DNA from: an uncultured Saprospiraceae bacterium
GTDB lineage: Bacteria > Bacteroidota > Bacteroidia > Chitinophagales > Saprospiraceae
Direction of reading: 5' to 3'
Length of the DNA stretch: 58,605 nucleotides
Assembly (NCBI GenBank): GCA_964508975.1
Contig: CAZDVQ010000024.1
Coordinates: forward strand, 1-58,605
Positions 29,134 to 40,400 of this stretch are shown here, piece after piece; positions within the stretch are counted from its first letter, which is position 1; the number at the start of each line of letters is the position of its first letter. Made by a program: the position numbers and the translations under genes. A model generated the notes under the pieces. It was not told the DNA's origin and ran no database searches. It worked only from the letters and a program-made list of their open reading frames with translations.

Positions 29134-29712
29134 CTAATCATGCTTTTGCATCGCCTCGTGGGCCAGCTCCAGCTTGTCGTAAAACTCGGCGCCGTAGCGG
29201 CGGGTCAGGGGTTCTTTCAGGAAGCGGAACATGGGTACGCCGAGTTCTTGACCAAAACCACAGGCCGGACTGCAAATGTCCCACTTGTTGTAATTCAAGG
29301 CTTCGTATTCGGGGAGTTTAAGCACGCGGATGGGGTACAAATGGCAAGAAATGGGTTTCTTGAAGTCCACCACACCGTCCTCGTAAGCTTTTTCGATACC
29401 GCATTTGCACATACCTTGTTCATCGATAATCATGTAGGCGCAAGCGGCATTTTTTTGCAGGGGCGCCACGGTTTCATCCACCTCGGGGTCGTAGTACGAG
29501 GTGCCGTATTCCTCGATAGCCTGTTTGCCTTCCTCGGTCAGGTAAGGTTTCACCTTGGGGTAAATCTGCTCCAGGATACTGATTTCGTCCTCTTCCACGG
29601 GCGCGCCCGAGTCGCCTTCCCAGCAACAAATACCCTTGCAGGCATCCAGTTTACACACGAAATGCACGTCGAAAACGTCGTCGCTGATCAGCTTATCGTC
29701 AATGATAATCAT
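29134..29712 (-). CDS. DUF3109-family Cys-rich protein
   Basis: 192 aa with CKLDACKGICCWEG and CKCG...CHLYP cysteine clusters characteristic of Bacteroidota DUF3109. Confidence 0.55.
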   Translation of the reverse strand: MIIIDDKLISDDVFDVHFVCKLDACKGICCWEGDSGAPVEEDEISILEQIYPKVKPYLTEEGKQAIEEYGTSYYDPEVDETVAPLQKNAACAYMIIDEQGMCKCGIEKAYEDGVVDFKKPISCHLYPIRVLKLPEYEALNYNKWDICSPACGFGQELGVPMFRFLKEPLTRRYGAEFYDKLELAHEAMQKHD

Positions 29713-29734
29713 GGATATTGGTATATTTAGCGCA

Positions 29735-29835
29735 AAGATAGCTGAAATTAGGTAAAGGGTAAAATGGGGTAAAAATGGGTGAAAATGGGTGAAAGGGGGC
29801 GAAGATGGGTGAAAGGGGGCTAAAAGCTAAAGATA
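29735..29835. repeat. degenerate short tandem repeat
   Basis: Three or four imperfect units of (a)aatgggtgaaa / gggtgaaagggggc, then gctaaag units. Lies between the DUF3109 start and the next GC-rich repeat. Confidence 0.5.
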
Positions 29836-29889
29836 GCTAAAGGCTAAAAACGCAAAAAATCAAAACCCTGGTCATTTACTCAATTACTC

Positions 29890-30040
29890 GTTTAATCATT
29901 TCATCTTTTTGGGGCGCTGCGCCCGCCGGGGCGGTCGCCGTTACGCTACGGCGCTCGCTATTCGCTCGGCCCGCTACGCGGTCTGGCCCTGCGGGCCACG
30001 CCTCCGCATCACTAGCGCGAGGAAACGGCGGTTTTGTAGC
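29890..30040. repeat. GC-rich REP/MITE-like repeat at the boundary of low-GC island 1
   Basis: tttttggggcgctgcgcccgccggggcgg...cgctacggcgctcgctattcgctcggcccgctacgcgg...ggccacgcctccgcatcac. Confidence 0.8.
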
Positions 30041-30069
30041 TATGCAATATGAACAGGGATTGGTCAATA

Positions 30070-31677
30070 TCATTTATTCCTATTTAGCCTCCTTGCCGAA
30101 AGTTTCTTCCAAATACTATCTGCAAGTTTTATTTCTTTATCGGTAAAGCCATATCCGTCTTTTAGAATTTGCTTATTGGTGATTTTTAAAATTTCATCAA
30201 TGCTCTTTTTCTCTCGCATCATTTTATCAATGGTGGCAAGTAAATCTGCATTGTCGGTTTGGTAGGGAAGTAGTATTTTTTCTGCTTCACTTGGCATTAG
30301 TTCTAAAACACCACCGCCATAACTACGCCCAACAATTTCTGAAAACGCCAACGATAATGAATTGTAAAAACTGGCTATGAAAGCGTTTTTGTCCGTGTCT
30401 TTTTTCATAAATACACGGTGCATTGTGTCGGTTGTATATGCGTTTGCCGAATTCAGGATTAAACGGGGATAAAGATTGTTTCTACGGATAAACAAAGCAT
30501 CTGAAAGTTTGATGGAAGGAATGACAAACCAATCATCACGAATGCCTGTTTTGTAACCTTTGTTTATCCCCATTGATTCGCCCAAATGAATGTATGAGTT
30601 AGCTCCTTTGTGCCCATTGATTTTTTCTTTGGCTGGGAATACTAATAAATGGGCTTTTGCTTTGGTTTGCCTGTTTAGTTTCCAATCCTTTTCCGTAAAA
30701 ATTACGCTATTGACCTGAACACTTCTGCCAACCATTGGCTTTGCGTATTCTTTCAAATCGTAAGCTTCTACAACAGGCAAAGGAACGGTGAAGTAGTCAT
30801 TTGCACCTGTAGTGATACCAACTTCTACACTTGCGTAATTTCCTATTGTCGGAACTTTTCGTTTCCTGGCAATTTGTTCCAAAAAGTCAATTTCTTCTTG
30901 CTCTAAAAAGTAATAAGTCCATTTATTGGATTTGAAATCAATCTTTTTTGTCGGGCTTTTAAGTCGGGTTACATCCAAGCTTTCAAGGTCAGAAGCATCT
31001 TTTAATTCAAGGTGTTCAATTAAATGTGAATCGCTTCCGTTTCTTTCACAAAGCAACAAAACAACTTCTTGCTGAATGTCAGGGAATACCAACTTCTCAA
31101 AAGAAATAATGTTGATTTTATTGTAGAAATGAGCCAAAAATTCACGGAGTTGTTGAGCATAAGAAACCTGTAATAATTCCGCCGGAATTACAAAACCAAT
31201 CTTTCCTTTTTCTTTGAGCAACAAACTTGAACCAACTACAAAAGAAACCCATGCATTGGTCAACTTTGAATATTTTAGTTTAGCTCGATTGAAAACTTTA
31301 ATAGCTTCATTTTGCTGTTCTGCTTGAAAATATTGGTAACGAATGTAAGGCGGATTGCCTACCACTAAGTCAAATTTTTGTGTGGTTTCATTGCAATACA
31401 AATGAAAATCTGCATTAATTACAGTCTTGTTATCAATTTCAATTCTTTCCGCTTTTTCAGCTTCTACATCATCGAATTCAATAGCGGTTAGTGACTTGAA
31501 TTTATGTTTGTTATATTTAATTTGTTCAATAAAGACGCCATCACCACAACTTGGCTCTAAAATTTCATAATCGGAACTTCCATTGATACCCCATTTTAGA
31601 ATGAATGCAGCAATTGGCTCAGGTGTGTAAAATCCACCTCTCAATTTCTCGGCTGTCGCGTTTTTAATTAGCTTCAT
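30070..31677 (-). CDS. N6-adenine DNA methyltransferase (gamma-class), second methyltransferase of an Eco57I-like system
   Basis: 535 aa with motif I EPSCGDGVF and motif IV GNPPYIRYQ. Overlaps the upstream R-M fusion gene by 14 nt. Low GC. Confidence 0.85.
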   Translation of the reverse strand: MKLIKNATAEKLRGGFYTPEPIAAFILKWGINGSSDYEILEPSCGDGVFIEQIKYNKHKFKSLTAIEFDDVEAEKAERIEIDNKTVINADFHLYCNETTQKFDLVVGNPPYIRYQYFQAEQQNEAIKVFNRAKLKYSKLTNAWVSFVVGSSLLLKEKGKIGFVIPAELLQVSYAQQLREFLAHFYNKINIISFEKLVFPDIQQEVVLLLCERNGSDSHLIEHLELKDASDLESLDVTRLKSPTKKIDFKSNKWTYYFLEQEEIDFLEQIARKRKVPTIGNYASVEVGITTGANDYFTVPLPVVEAYDLKEYAKPMVGRSVQVNSVIFTEKDWKLNRQTKAKAHLLVFPAKEKINGHKGANSYIHLGESMGINKGYKTGIRDDWFVIPSIKLSDALFIRRNNLYPRLILNSANAYTTDTMHRVFMKKDTDKNAFIASFYNSLSLAFSEIVGRSYGGGVLELMPSEAEKILLPYQTDNADLLATIDKMMREKKSIDEILKITNKQILKDGYGFTDKEIKLADSIWKKLSARRLNRNK

Positions 31678-34651
31678 ACAACTCTTTGATTAATGGGATT
31701 AATGAGTCTTCAATACCTAAATCGTATAATTTAGCTAATAGCTTTTCTAAATCGGCCTTTACAGTAACGAACTGTCTACGTAGTGGAGTTAATGCTCTTA
31801 TGTTTCCTGCGTTAGCATCTATTTGGTCATAAATACTGATTAATTCTTTTTGGATTTCTACAATTTTGTCGTGTAGTGCATTTTGATTAGTATCAGAAAA
31901 GTCAATCTTACGAATTGGTAGATTTTTCAAAACCTTTGTTCCTCTTGCTATATAACCACCTCTGAAAACTTCACCATACAAAGCACTTAACCATTCCAAG
32001 TATTTAGAGTTGAGAATGGCTTGAATGTAGTAAATGGAGTAATCAGAAGTTGCTGGAATTGCAACTACACAATAACCTGCTGTCCCACCTGACGAAATCA
32101 AAGTTCCATGAACATCAATTGCGTATTTGTCACCAACGGAGAGAACGCCAACAATAATTTTTGAAGGTAGTCCGCAACTATCCAAACTTTGATGTCTACC
32201 GTATCTGTGCCATTCATTTTTTGTTTTTGGCTCTGGTTTTATATCTCGTTTTGAATTATTTAAAATGGCTTTATGCTTTTGCAAATAGTCATAAGCTAAA
32301 GGAAACTTCTTCCGAATTGTTGTTAGAGGAATGATATCAACCCCTGTTTTTGTTGTCAAATAAGGATAAATTACCCTGGCATTCGGTTTGAAAGTTCTGT
32401 AAGTATATAAATTATCTTCGCCTGAAGAAGTTTGAAAATATGGTTTTGTTAATTCTTTTTCAATTTTATAATTAATGCCTTTCTTTGTGAAATAAAAATG
32501 CTTCTTATCCTCTTTGTTTGGCGTGAAAATGTAAACTTCATTTGCACTGGTCTGAATACCATTGAAAATATTGTCGCTTCCAACCAAATCGTTAAGTTTT
32601 ATACTTTGAGAAATAATTTTATTGTAAGTGTTTGTTAATTCGGGTGGAACTAAAACCCAAACTTCACTATCCAATTCATCTGTTTTCTTTGAACCGTATT
32701 TTGCTGCTTCTGGTTCTCTAACTTTCCAACTTTTCAGGCTTCTTACTTCCGCATATCGGAAATTTTTTTGTGGCTTCTTACTCAGAATCAATAAGCAAGT
32801 GTAGGTTGATTTGTCCGCAAAAACTTGATTTGCACCAAATGAAACGATTGAATGTAAATACTCTTTGTCTGCGAGTAATTCACGAAGTTTTTTACCTGCA
32901 CCAACTTTTGTAAATTTGCTTGGAACGATATAACCTAAAATTCCGTCATCATTTAATAAGTTTATTCCTTGCTCAAGGAAAAGAAAGTATTTATCAAACT
33001 GCTTATAAGCCGAATCGTAATTGGTTTTGTAAAGTGGCAATTCAAGCGGAGTAATGTTTTTCATATCCTCCGATTTCATGTAAGGCGGATTGCCTACAAT
33101 GACATCAAAGCGAAGTTTTGAAAAATCAAACGGATTGATAATTACCTGATCTTTCTTGTTTGTTACTTGTTTCGGATTCAATAAACTGTTTCCGAAAAAA
33201 ATACTTTCTGAAAGGTCGGGTAAAACAGGTTTTGTCTTGTTGGTCGAATTTACATCTTCACCTTCAAGCAATTTGAGAAGTAAACCAAATTTTGTGGTTT
33301 CAACTGCATTATAATCTTTATCAACGCCATAGATACAGTTCAATAGAAGTTGATGCTTAATTTCAAACGGCAGTTTGAACGTGTTGATATTGGTTTGAAT
33401 GAGTTTAGATTTGTCGTTTTTTAGATAGTTATCAATCAAAATATCATTTAGCAACTGAAACAATTCCAATAAAAACGCTCCAGAACCACACGAAATATCA
33501 GCGAATTTTAGATTAAGAATTTCCTTGACTGTTTTCCCTTCGCATCTATTCAAAACTGTATTTCGTAAAATATCGTTTATAATGAAAGTCGGTGTAGTGA
33601 TAATATCACGGTCAACACTCTCCGGTTTCTTCACCAAAACAACAGAATCACTTTGAACGGTCAATTTTTCAGAAAGGAAAATTTCATAAATGCTTCCTAG
33701 TACATCAGAAGAAAAAACGCTGAATGAATAGGGGCTTTCAGGATAATACAATTGCTTGATGATAGCCCAAAATACCGAACTGATATTTTCTACAATCTTG
33801 TCTTTCAGCAATTGGTCAAAAAGTCCTGAATTATAGTGTTTATCTGCTTGTTCAAATTTCTTTATGAGTGCTTTGAAGTCGTTTGCGTTGGCAAATTTTA
33901 AAAGTGTTTGATAATCTTCTAAATTCCTGTCCTCACAAACACGCAGAAATAAGACCCTGTTCAAATAACTTTGAACAATATCATTAAGTTGTTGCTCGCC
34001 AATTTTGGGGTCGTGTTTGTAAATTTCAGCACCTAAAGCTTTTCTCCAATCATTAATTTGGTTTAGAAATAAGTTGTCAATCGAGTATTGATTGATTTTG
34101 CTTTCTATTTCTTTCCACTCCGTTTCAAATGCGCCTGAATAAACCGATTCCTTACCTAAAAGCTGTTTGATTTCCTCAAACTTGCTTTCAAATTCTGTAT
34201 AATGGTATTTTTTTACAAGTGCCTTTGCATTGTTGTCGTCCTTTTCAACTTTTACCGAAGTGTCGTAAATAATTAAGTATTCAAAATTTGAGAGAACAGA
34301 AATTTTCAATTTGGCTGTGAATCCGTATCGTCTTACTTGTTTTGCTGTGTCGTTGTTTGATTCAATAGAAACACAAGGTTTCTTGGCTTCCAAAAAGAAT
34401 TTTCTTTCAGAAAAAAGTCGGAAAGTATAGTCAGGTTTTTTTGAATGTTCAGAAGCGCTTGCCTTTAGTGCTTCTTCCAGAATTACTTCTCTTTCGTTGG
34501 TCGGTTTTCCTGCATTGTTTTTAATATCCCAACCAAGCAACTCGAAAAAAGGGTCTAAGAAATCACTGCGAAGCAGTGTTTCATTATACTTGCTTGTCAA
34601 GTAATAAGCCCTGTCGGCTGAATATTTTTCTATGAGTTGCTTAATTGTCAT
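31664..34651 (-). CDS. Type IIG restriction-modification enzyme (N-terminal PD-ExK nuclease, gamma-class m6A methyltransferase and target-recognition domain), Eco57I-like
   Basis: 995 aa. N-terminal nuclease motif KKPDYTFRLF...FFLEAKK (PD...ExK). Methyltransferase motif I DISCGSGAFLLE and motif IV VIVGNPPYMKSED, then a long C-terminal target-recognition region. The 995 + 535 aa pairing mirrors Eco57I as I recall it (997-aa R-M fusion plus 544-aa M.Eco57I). Confidence 0.85.
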   Translation of the reverse strand: MTIKQLIEKYSADRAYYLTSKYNETLLRSDFLDPFFELLGWDIKNNAGKPTNEREVILEEALKASASEHSKKPDYTFRLFSERKFFLEAKKPCVSIESNNDTAKQVRRYGFTAKLKISVLSNFEYLIIYDTSVKVEKDDNNAKALVKKYHYTEFESKFEEIKQLLGKESVYSGAFETEWKEIESKINQYSIDNLFLNQINDWRKALGAEIYKHDPKIGEQQLNDIVQSYLNRVLFLRVCEDRNLEDYQTLLKFANANDFKALIKKFEQADKHYNSGLFDQLLKDKIVENISSVFWAIIKQLYYPESPYSFSVFSSDVLGSIYEIFLSEKLTVQSDSVVLVKKPESVDRDIITTPTFIINDILRNTVLNRCEGKTVKEILNLKFADISCGSGAFLLELFQLLNDILIDNYLKNDKSKLIQTNINTFKLPFEIKHQLLLNCIYGVDKDYNAVETTKFGLLLKLLEGEDVNSTNKTKPVLPDLSESIFFGNSLLNPKQVTNKKDQVIINPFDFSKLRFDVIVGNPPYMKSEDMKNITPLELPLYKTNYDSAYKQFDKYFLFLEQGINLLNDDGILGYIVPSKFTKVGAGKKLRELLADKEYLHSIVSFGANQVFADKSTYTCLLILSKKPQKNFRYAEVRSLKSWKVREPEAAKYGSKKTDELDSEVWVLVPPELTNTYNKIISQSIKLNDLVGSDNIFNGIQTSANEVYIFTPNKEDKKHFYFTKKGINYKIEKELTKPYFQTSSGEDNLYTYRTFKPNARVIYPYLTTKTGVDIIPLTTIRKKFPLAYDYLQKHKAILNNSKRDIKPEPKTKNEWHRYGRHQSLDSCGLPSKIIVGVLSVGDKYAIDVHGTLISSGGTAGYCVVAIPATSDYSIYYIQAILNSKYLEWLSALYGEVFRGGYIARGTKVLKNLPIRKIDFSDTNQNALHDKIVEIQKELISIYDQIDANAGNIRALTPLRRQFVTVKADLEKLLAKLYDLGIEDSLIPLIKELYEAN

Positions 34652-34974
34652 TTCTTCTTATTGGCTTTAATGTATTTGGCTCTTTCCTCTGCTACTTTCA
34701 GAGCTTTTATTCCTAAATCTTCGTTTTGAATTTCATACAAAATCTTGTCGCTTAGGAATGAAACTAAAAGGTCATCTGCATCATAGTTGTATATGTTCGC
34801 AAGTTTCAGAACTACTTCTTTTGTAATTCTTCGTTCCCCTCGTTCCATCTTGCTCAAAATAGCAACATCAATGTCGAGCAAGGCAGCAACTTTTCTTAGA
34901 GGAAGTTCCTTTTCTTCTCGTATGTGTCTTAACTTTTCGCCTATTGTTTCCGTTGACATAACCTGTGTTGACAT
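34648..34974 (-). CDS. XRE-family HTH transcriptional regulator, putative R-M controller (C) protein
   Basis: 108 aa with HTH EKLRHIREEKELPLRKVAALLDIDVAILSKMERGER. Its stop overlaps the R-M gene start (ATGA). Confidence 0.7.
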   Translation of the reverse strand: MSTQVMSTETIGEKLRHIREEKELPLRKVAALLDIDVAILSKMERGERRITKEVVLKLANIYNYDADDLLVSFLSDKILYEIQNEDLGIKALKVAEERAKYIKANKKK

Positions 34975-34990
34975 AAAGTGTCAAAATTAG
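34950..34990 (-). promoter_or_regulatory. putative controller-protein operator overlapping the HTH gene start
   Basis: Direct 10-bp repeat GTTGACATAA at 34952-34961 and 34967-34976, each covering one of the two in-frame ATGs (MSTQVMSTE). Palindrome TTGACAtaaagTGTCAA at 34968-34984. Confidence 0.4.
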
Positions 34991-35129
34991 AATATATTTT
35001 TGATTCGTTCCCATTTAATTTAATTTTTTTTAAACATCCTTGTCAATCGTTGGAAAATTGGCTCTTATGCAAATCTTAGGTTATTGGTTGGTTTGAGAAG
35101 TTTTGTAAATGTGTCACCAAATGCAATGG

Positions 35130-37445
35130 CTAATATTTCGATTGTTTTAAAAAGTCTTTTAGTTTAATCGTCGTTATGCCAAAACCCTTGCATTTAAGCT
35201 GTATGCCATTGTCTGATGTCAACATAATAGGGTTTTCTTTTTTGTATTTAAGTGCAACTGTCAAAATAAAATTATCTGGCGATTTTTTGTCAAAGTCACT
35301 TGGCAACAAAGTCAGGTCGGCTATATCCATTTTGATATTCCGTTTGTCAAAACTGTCGTTGATTTGTTTGATTGCTTTTTGAACATTTTGTTTTTGTTGT
35401 TCTGTTTGCAGCGTTACTTTCAGTTTGTCCAACTCGTCAATGACTTTTGCAGATAAGACTATTTTATACTGTTTGTCAATTTTTGAAATTATGTCGGGCT
35501 GGTCAACAAATACGTTAGTGTCAATAATATAAATATTTTCCCTCCCATTAACGATTTCTTTCTTAGGCTTTTCAAATTGGGAAAGGTCTATTTTGCCAAG
35601 AACCTTTAATCCTGTTTGACTTTCTAATTTTTCTTCATCCTCAGGTGTATTTGATTCTGTCGTTTTGCTTTCAATTAGTTTTTTTTCAGTGGTATAATAA
35701 AACGAATATTCTTCATTTAATTTTTCAAGATAAGTTTTAACATATTTATTTAATTGAAAATCGGAACTGATAATATCCTTGTCTGCAATTATGATTGTAT
35801 GACGTTTTGAACGGCTTGTCGCAACATTGAACAAACGCTTTTCTAATGAATGATTGTAGCCTGAATTTGGAATTACCAAAATGGTTACGTCTGTGGTAAG
35901 ACCTTGTATTCTTGCTACTGTTTCAATCAATAAATTTTCATGGTTGTCAATTGATCCGTAAATGCTTTTTTGTAATGCCTTTACTGTCTCAATGTAATTG
36001 CTTAAAACAGAGATGTGCAATTTTTCTTCGACAGTCAGTAGATGAGTAACTAACAGCTTTGCTATTGCCGATGCGTTTACAGGCTTTTTACTTCCAACTT
36101 CCAAATCTGTTTTAATAAGCGTTGAACCGCCCTCCGGATTGAAAAATACGTTCACTTCATTAGTCATTTCAGGAAATGAAAGTCGTATGTCTGATTTTGA
36201 TTTTGATTTTAAACTGTTATTGTAGAACAATCCTGTGTAATAAGAACCTCTGTTTGGCAAACGATATGTTTCTGTAAGTTGATAAATCGGAACAGCAGAA
36301 GTATCTGCAAGAGCTTTCAATCCCTCCACTAAAATCTCATAATTCTTTTTACCTACTTTATCATCACTGATTGCAATAACTGGAGGCAACTGCATTGTGT
36401 CACCAATCCAAATATTTTTCTGCCCTAAAAGTTTTGCTGCACCAAACATTGCAAGTAACGCCTGGCTTGCTTCGTCAACTAATACATAGTCAAAAGGCGG
36501 TGTATTCGCAATCTTAGTTGCTTCGGTGCTTGCTATAAAAAAGGTGGATAAAACTAACTTGCCTGGTTGTGGATTTATATCCTTTGTCGGTTGTAATCTT
36601 GGAATTTCTTTGGCTTCATCTGTTGATATTTTGGTTTTAAAAACTTTACCCTCATCTAGAATAGTTGCTAATGCTGGTTTTTCAACGACTTCAATTAACG
36701 CTCTATTTGTAAGCGATGTAACTAAAACGGATTTTCCTTGCTCACATAAAAGTTTACAGATTTCAGCTATTTGATAGGTTTTTCCTGTGCCAGGAGGTCC
36801 TATCAAAACAACGTTATCGGATAATGTTAATTGATTTAATATGAAATTTGGTATATCATTTTTTTCATCAAGTAATGAAGGTTCCCCATTGGTTTTTAAA
36901 AAGTCTTGGTCTAAAATTGAACTTACTGCTTCAGAGTAGTTATTCTTAACTATTTTTTGTAAATTCTCTATATACCCATAGGGTGGGACATTCGGGCCTA
37001 AAAGCAATATAATTTTTTCCGCTTTTGAAATATTTACCGAAAAATCCAATTCAACACCACGAAAACCTGCGATGTAAAAGTCTTTATCAAGATTCCCGTC
37101 CTTGTCTTTTGACGGAGCTTGCCAAACGCAAACAGTTTCAGTAAAATTTCCTTTTTCTTTTATTAAGTCGCCATACGTTTTCTTACCCCAATTTCTGTAA
37201 TCTCTCAACTCTTTTGGAACAGTAAAACAATACAAATACTCGCCTTTGCGCGGTAAGCCACGTTTAGTTGAGAATTTTAAGATCATTTCTCCGTCTTTGA
37301 AAGTCAAAAATTGAGCAACAAAAAGCTCTTCCCTTTCTTGAAGCAAAAACGTAGCGGAAGTATTTAACTTTTGGTTAAATGCTTTCGTTTGTGCTTGAAG
37401 TTCTTCCTCAAGAAAGTTGCAGTGTTCTTGTCTAGTATATTTCAT
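35130..37445 (-). CDS. Upf1/DNA2-like SF1 helicase fused to a C-terminal PIN-domain nuclease (candidate defence effector)
   Basis: 771 aa. Walker A LIGPPGTGKTYQ, motif II DYVLVDEASQ, arginine finger/motif VI NVATSRSKRHTIII. C-terminal roughly 150 aa is a PIN fold with acidic residues in IYIIDTNVFVD, IDELDKL and TSDNG. The ATG at 37445 directly abuts the TAA of the upstream gene. Confidence 0.8.
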   Translation of the reverse strand: MKYTRQEHCNFLEEELQAQTKAFNQKLNTSATFLLQEREELFVAQFLTFKDGEMILKFSTKRGLPRKGEYLYCFTVPKELRDYRNWGKKTYGDLIKEKGNFTETVCVWQAPSKDKDGNLDKDFYIAGFRGVELDFSVNISKAEKIILLLGPNVPPYGYIENLQKIVKNNYSEAVSSILDQDFLKTNGEPSLLDEKNDIPNFILNQLTLSDNVVLIGPPGTGKTYQIAEICKLLCEQGKSVLVTSLTNRALIEVVEKPALATILDEGKVFKTKISTDEAKEIPRLQPTKDINPQPGKLVLSTFFIASTEATKIANTPPFDYVLVDEASQALLAMFGAAKLLGQKNIWIGDTMQLPPVIAISDDKVGKKNYEILVEGLKALADTSAVPIYQLTETYRLPNRGSYYTGLFYNNSLKSKSKSDIRLSFPEMTNEVNVFFNPEGGSTLIKTDLEVGSKKPVNASAIAKLLVTHLLTVEEKLHISVLSNYIETVKALQKSIYGSIDNHENLLIETVARIQGLTTDVTILVIPNSGYNHSLEKRLFNVATSRSKRHTIIIADKDIISSDFQLNKYVKTYLEKLNEEYSFYYTTEKKLIESKTTESNTPEDEEKLESQTGLKVLGKIDLSQFEKPKKEIVNGRENIYIIDTNVFVDQPDIISKIDKQYKIVLSAKVIDELDKLKVTLQTEQQKQNVQKAIKQINDSFDKRNIKMDIADLTLLPSDFDKKSPDNFILTVALKYKKENPIMLTSDNGIQLKCKGFGITTIKLKDFLKQSKY

Positions 37446-40400
37446 TTACAATAATTCTTCATCATCACCAGTTAATTCTTCTTCGTTTCTTCTTTCGTCG
37501 AAACGGTAATCGCTTAAATCTTTGGCTATGCTATAATCGCTCGGATTTACACTATTAAAATCAAAGTGGACGTTGCCGAAGTAATGAAGCAATTCGGCAA
37601 ATTTATCTAATCTGTCCTCTACATCAAGATTTTCTGTGCTAAAACTAATAGTAAGCTTATCCTGATTTCTCAATAAATCATATAATTTTAAGCATCCTAA
37701 TTTCCTGTTTCCAAAATGTAACCAAAACATTGAATTTGGTTTCATTAGTTGTATCCATTCGTTTGCTCCAATTTTTAAAGGCTCGTCTTCATATTTGTAA
37801 CTTTTTACAACAATCGGAAATTCAACATTATCTTTATAAACACCGTCAATTGTTGAGAACTTGCCTATTCCTTCAGTAAATTCAAATCCTTCTCTTTCTA
37901 ATTTTTCCTTGACAATTTCTTTTGCTTCTCGGTTAGCTTCTTTTTGGTCGTTTTTAGAAATGTCTGTGCTAAATTCACTTCCTAATGTAGCGTCGCTTGA
38001 TCTTCTTAATTGTGCGTTTTCTTTTTCTAATATTTCTAATTTGTTTTGCCACAATCCGTCAAAATTAAAATCGTTATACTCCTCCAATTCTAATTTTCTT
38101 AGTTCTTTTTTTACATCTGCGTTTTGATTTATGTAAATATTGTTTTTATCATCAACTGCGGTATTGCCTTCAAAAAAAGAATAGAACACATAATCTTCAA
38201 TTTCATTAAGTGAAATTGTTTTAGGTAATTCGCCTTCGTATAGAAAAATAGCAACATTAGAATCCTTTTTCCAATTTTCATAATATGATTCTTCCCACAC
38301 TAATGCGTTCTCTTCTAACTCTTCAACATCCAAATCCTCTTTAATTTCTAAATCTCCATTGTTGGTTCTGTTTTCATTGATAACTTCAACTACTTTCTTA
38401 AATGTTTCAAATTGTTCCGCTGTTTTGAATGTAACTTCGTTTTCTTTAAGCCAAACCAACGAATTGAATAGGTTTAATTCACCTTCGTTAAAACGTGTTT
38501 CTTGTGACAAACGATTGTTTTGAAAATCTTTTATTTTACCGCTTAAATATTTTCGCAATACAACAATGACAGAGCTTTCTGTCCACACGCCCAAGTCAGA
38601 AAGGAAATCAATTTTGGCATCTTCTTCACCAAGCCATTCTATTAGATAATCAGGTAGTAGTTCACTTTCACAAGCGTATTTACTTGGATAAACGGATGTT
38701 GTTGGATTGAATCCTAAAATGTTTTCAGTTTTTACATCATCAATTGTATTCCAATCAATATTTTTGATTGACGTCTTTTTACTTTTCTTATTCCACTGAT
38801 TGAATAAAAACTCTATAAGACTTAGTTTCTGCTCATCTGATAAATTTTCTTCAATGTACGGACAAATGAATTTAGCGTCTTCAAAATAAGGTTCTTTAAT
38901 GAGCAATAAATTATCATTGTCTTCTACTACAACAGGAAAGTCTTTGAATATTTTAGAAATACTTCTGTATTTTTTATGAAGTATTTCGGATTGCTGTATA
39001 AAATCAAAGTCCGTTAAATATTTATCTGTTCCCAGTTCTATTTCTTCTTCATTTACGTTTAGGGCATTAAACTGATTAAAATTTATTTTTTCAATATACA
39101 AACCGTAAAGAAACAAAAATGCTAATTGTTCGGCATTTTCCAATGTTTCAACTTGTTCAGAAAACATTTCATAAATGACGCTTGGTTCAGGTTCTTCACT
39201 TACGCCAAACAAATTCCCAATTCGCTCTTTGTTCAAACCAAGTCCAATAAAATGATTTATCAAACTGCTTAAATAGTCGCTGTTTTCGTAATTGTCTGGG
39301 AGAATTTTAGCAAGACTTATTTCATAATTATCAATTTTAATTTTATCCGTGAAGGGTGGAATTTCAGAAAGTTTTAAATCTTGATTTTCCGTTTCAATGA
39401 CAACTTTTTCTTTGAATTTTAGATAATCGTTTTCTTTCAGTTCACTACAAGCTAAATCTAAAATTTTATACTCGTAATCCTCCCTAGAGTATTCATTTTT
39501 AGAATTAAATCTGAACTCTGATAGTTGTTGTAAAAACTTGTGTTTGGCTTTATATTTTACTATATCCACAAGTATTTCTTTGTGTTCATCTGCATCAACA
39601 AATTCCAAAATCAAACCGTGCAAATCATCGGCTTTTATTATACCTTCTTCGTCCTTGTAGTTTTCCACAAACTCATAAGGAAGAACAAATAAATTGTCAG
39701 CACAATTTTCATCTAAAAATTTTCTTGCTTCCTTATCGGCTGATTGAACCTGATAGGTTTCGCTTGTTTTTTTATCGATTATAAAGTCTTTATTCTCTTT
39801 TTTAATTATGAACTCTTTGAAGAATGATTTTTGATTGTCTTGATAAAGATTAATAAGCGATTTAATTTCCTCTGCTGTTGTTAATTCAGCAATTATATCA
39901 TCTTGATTTTGTTGGTAAATTTCTTTGAAAATATTCCCTGAATCTAAAATCAGGTAGGGGTAGAGTTCAGCAAAGTATTCATCTTGTTTTATTTTGTGTG
40001 CGTTTAACCAACTTGGCGTTTTAATATTACCTATAAGTTCGCTTAGTGGTTTTATTTCTGAATTATTATTGCAAAATAATTCTAAGTTTTTTAATGTGCC
40101 TTCAGCAACATTATCAAACTTTGTTGTTTCGTTAATAAAACTGAGAAATAAAGTTTTCTTTTCTTTGGCTGACAAGGTGTTAGTTTTGCATTTTTCAGCA
40201 ATATAAGTGTACATCTGTTTTTCGTCAGGCATTATTTCAATACAAGAAAAAATGTTTGGATATTCAGAAGTAGTAATTTCAGATACAATGATTCCAATTT
40301 TGTCAAGCTCTTCTACGATGCCTATTGTTTTTTGTATTTTGAAAAAAACATTAGCAAAACCATAACTAGCGATAGTTCTATTTTGTGAGATTTGTTTTTT

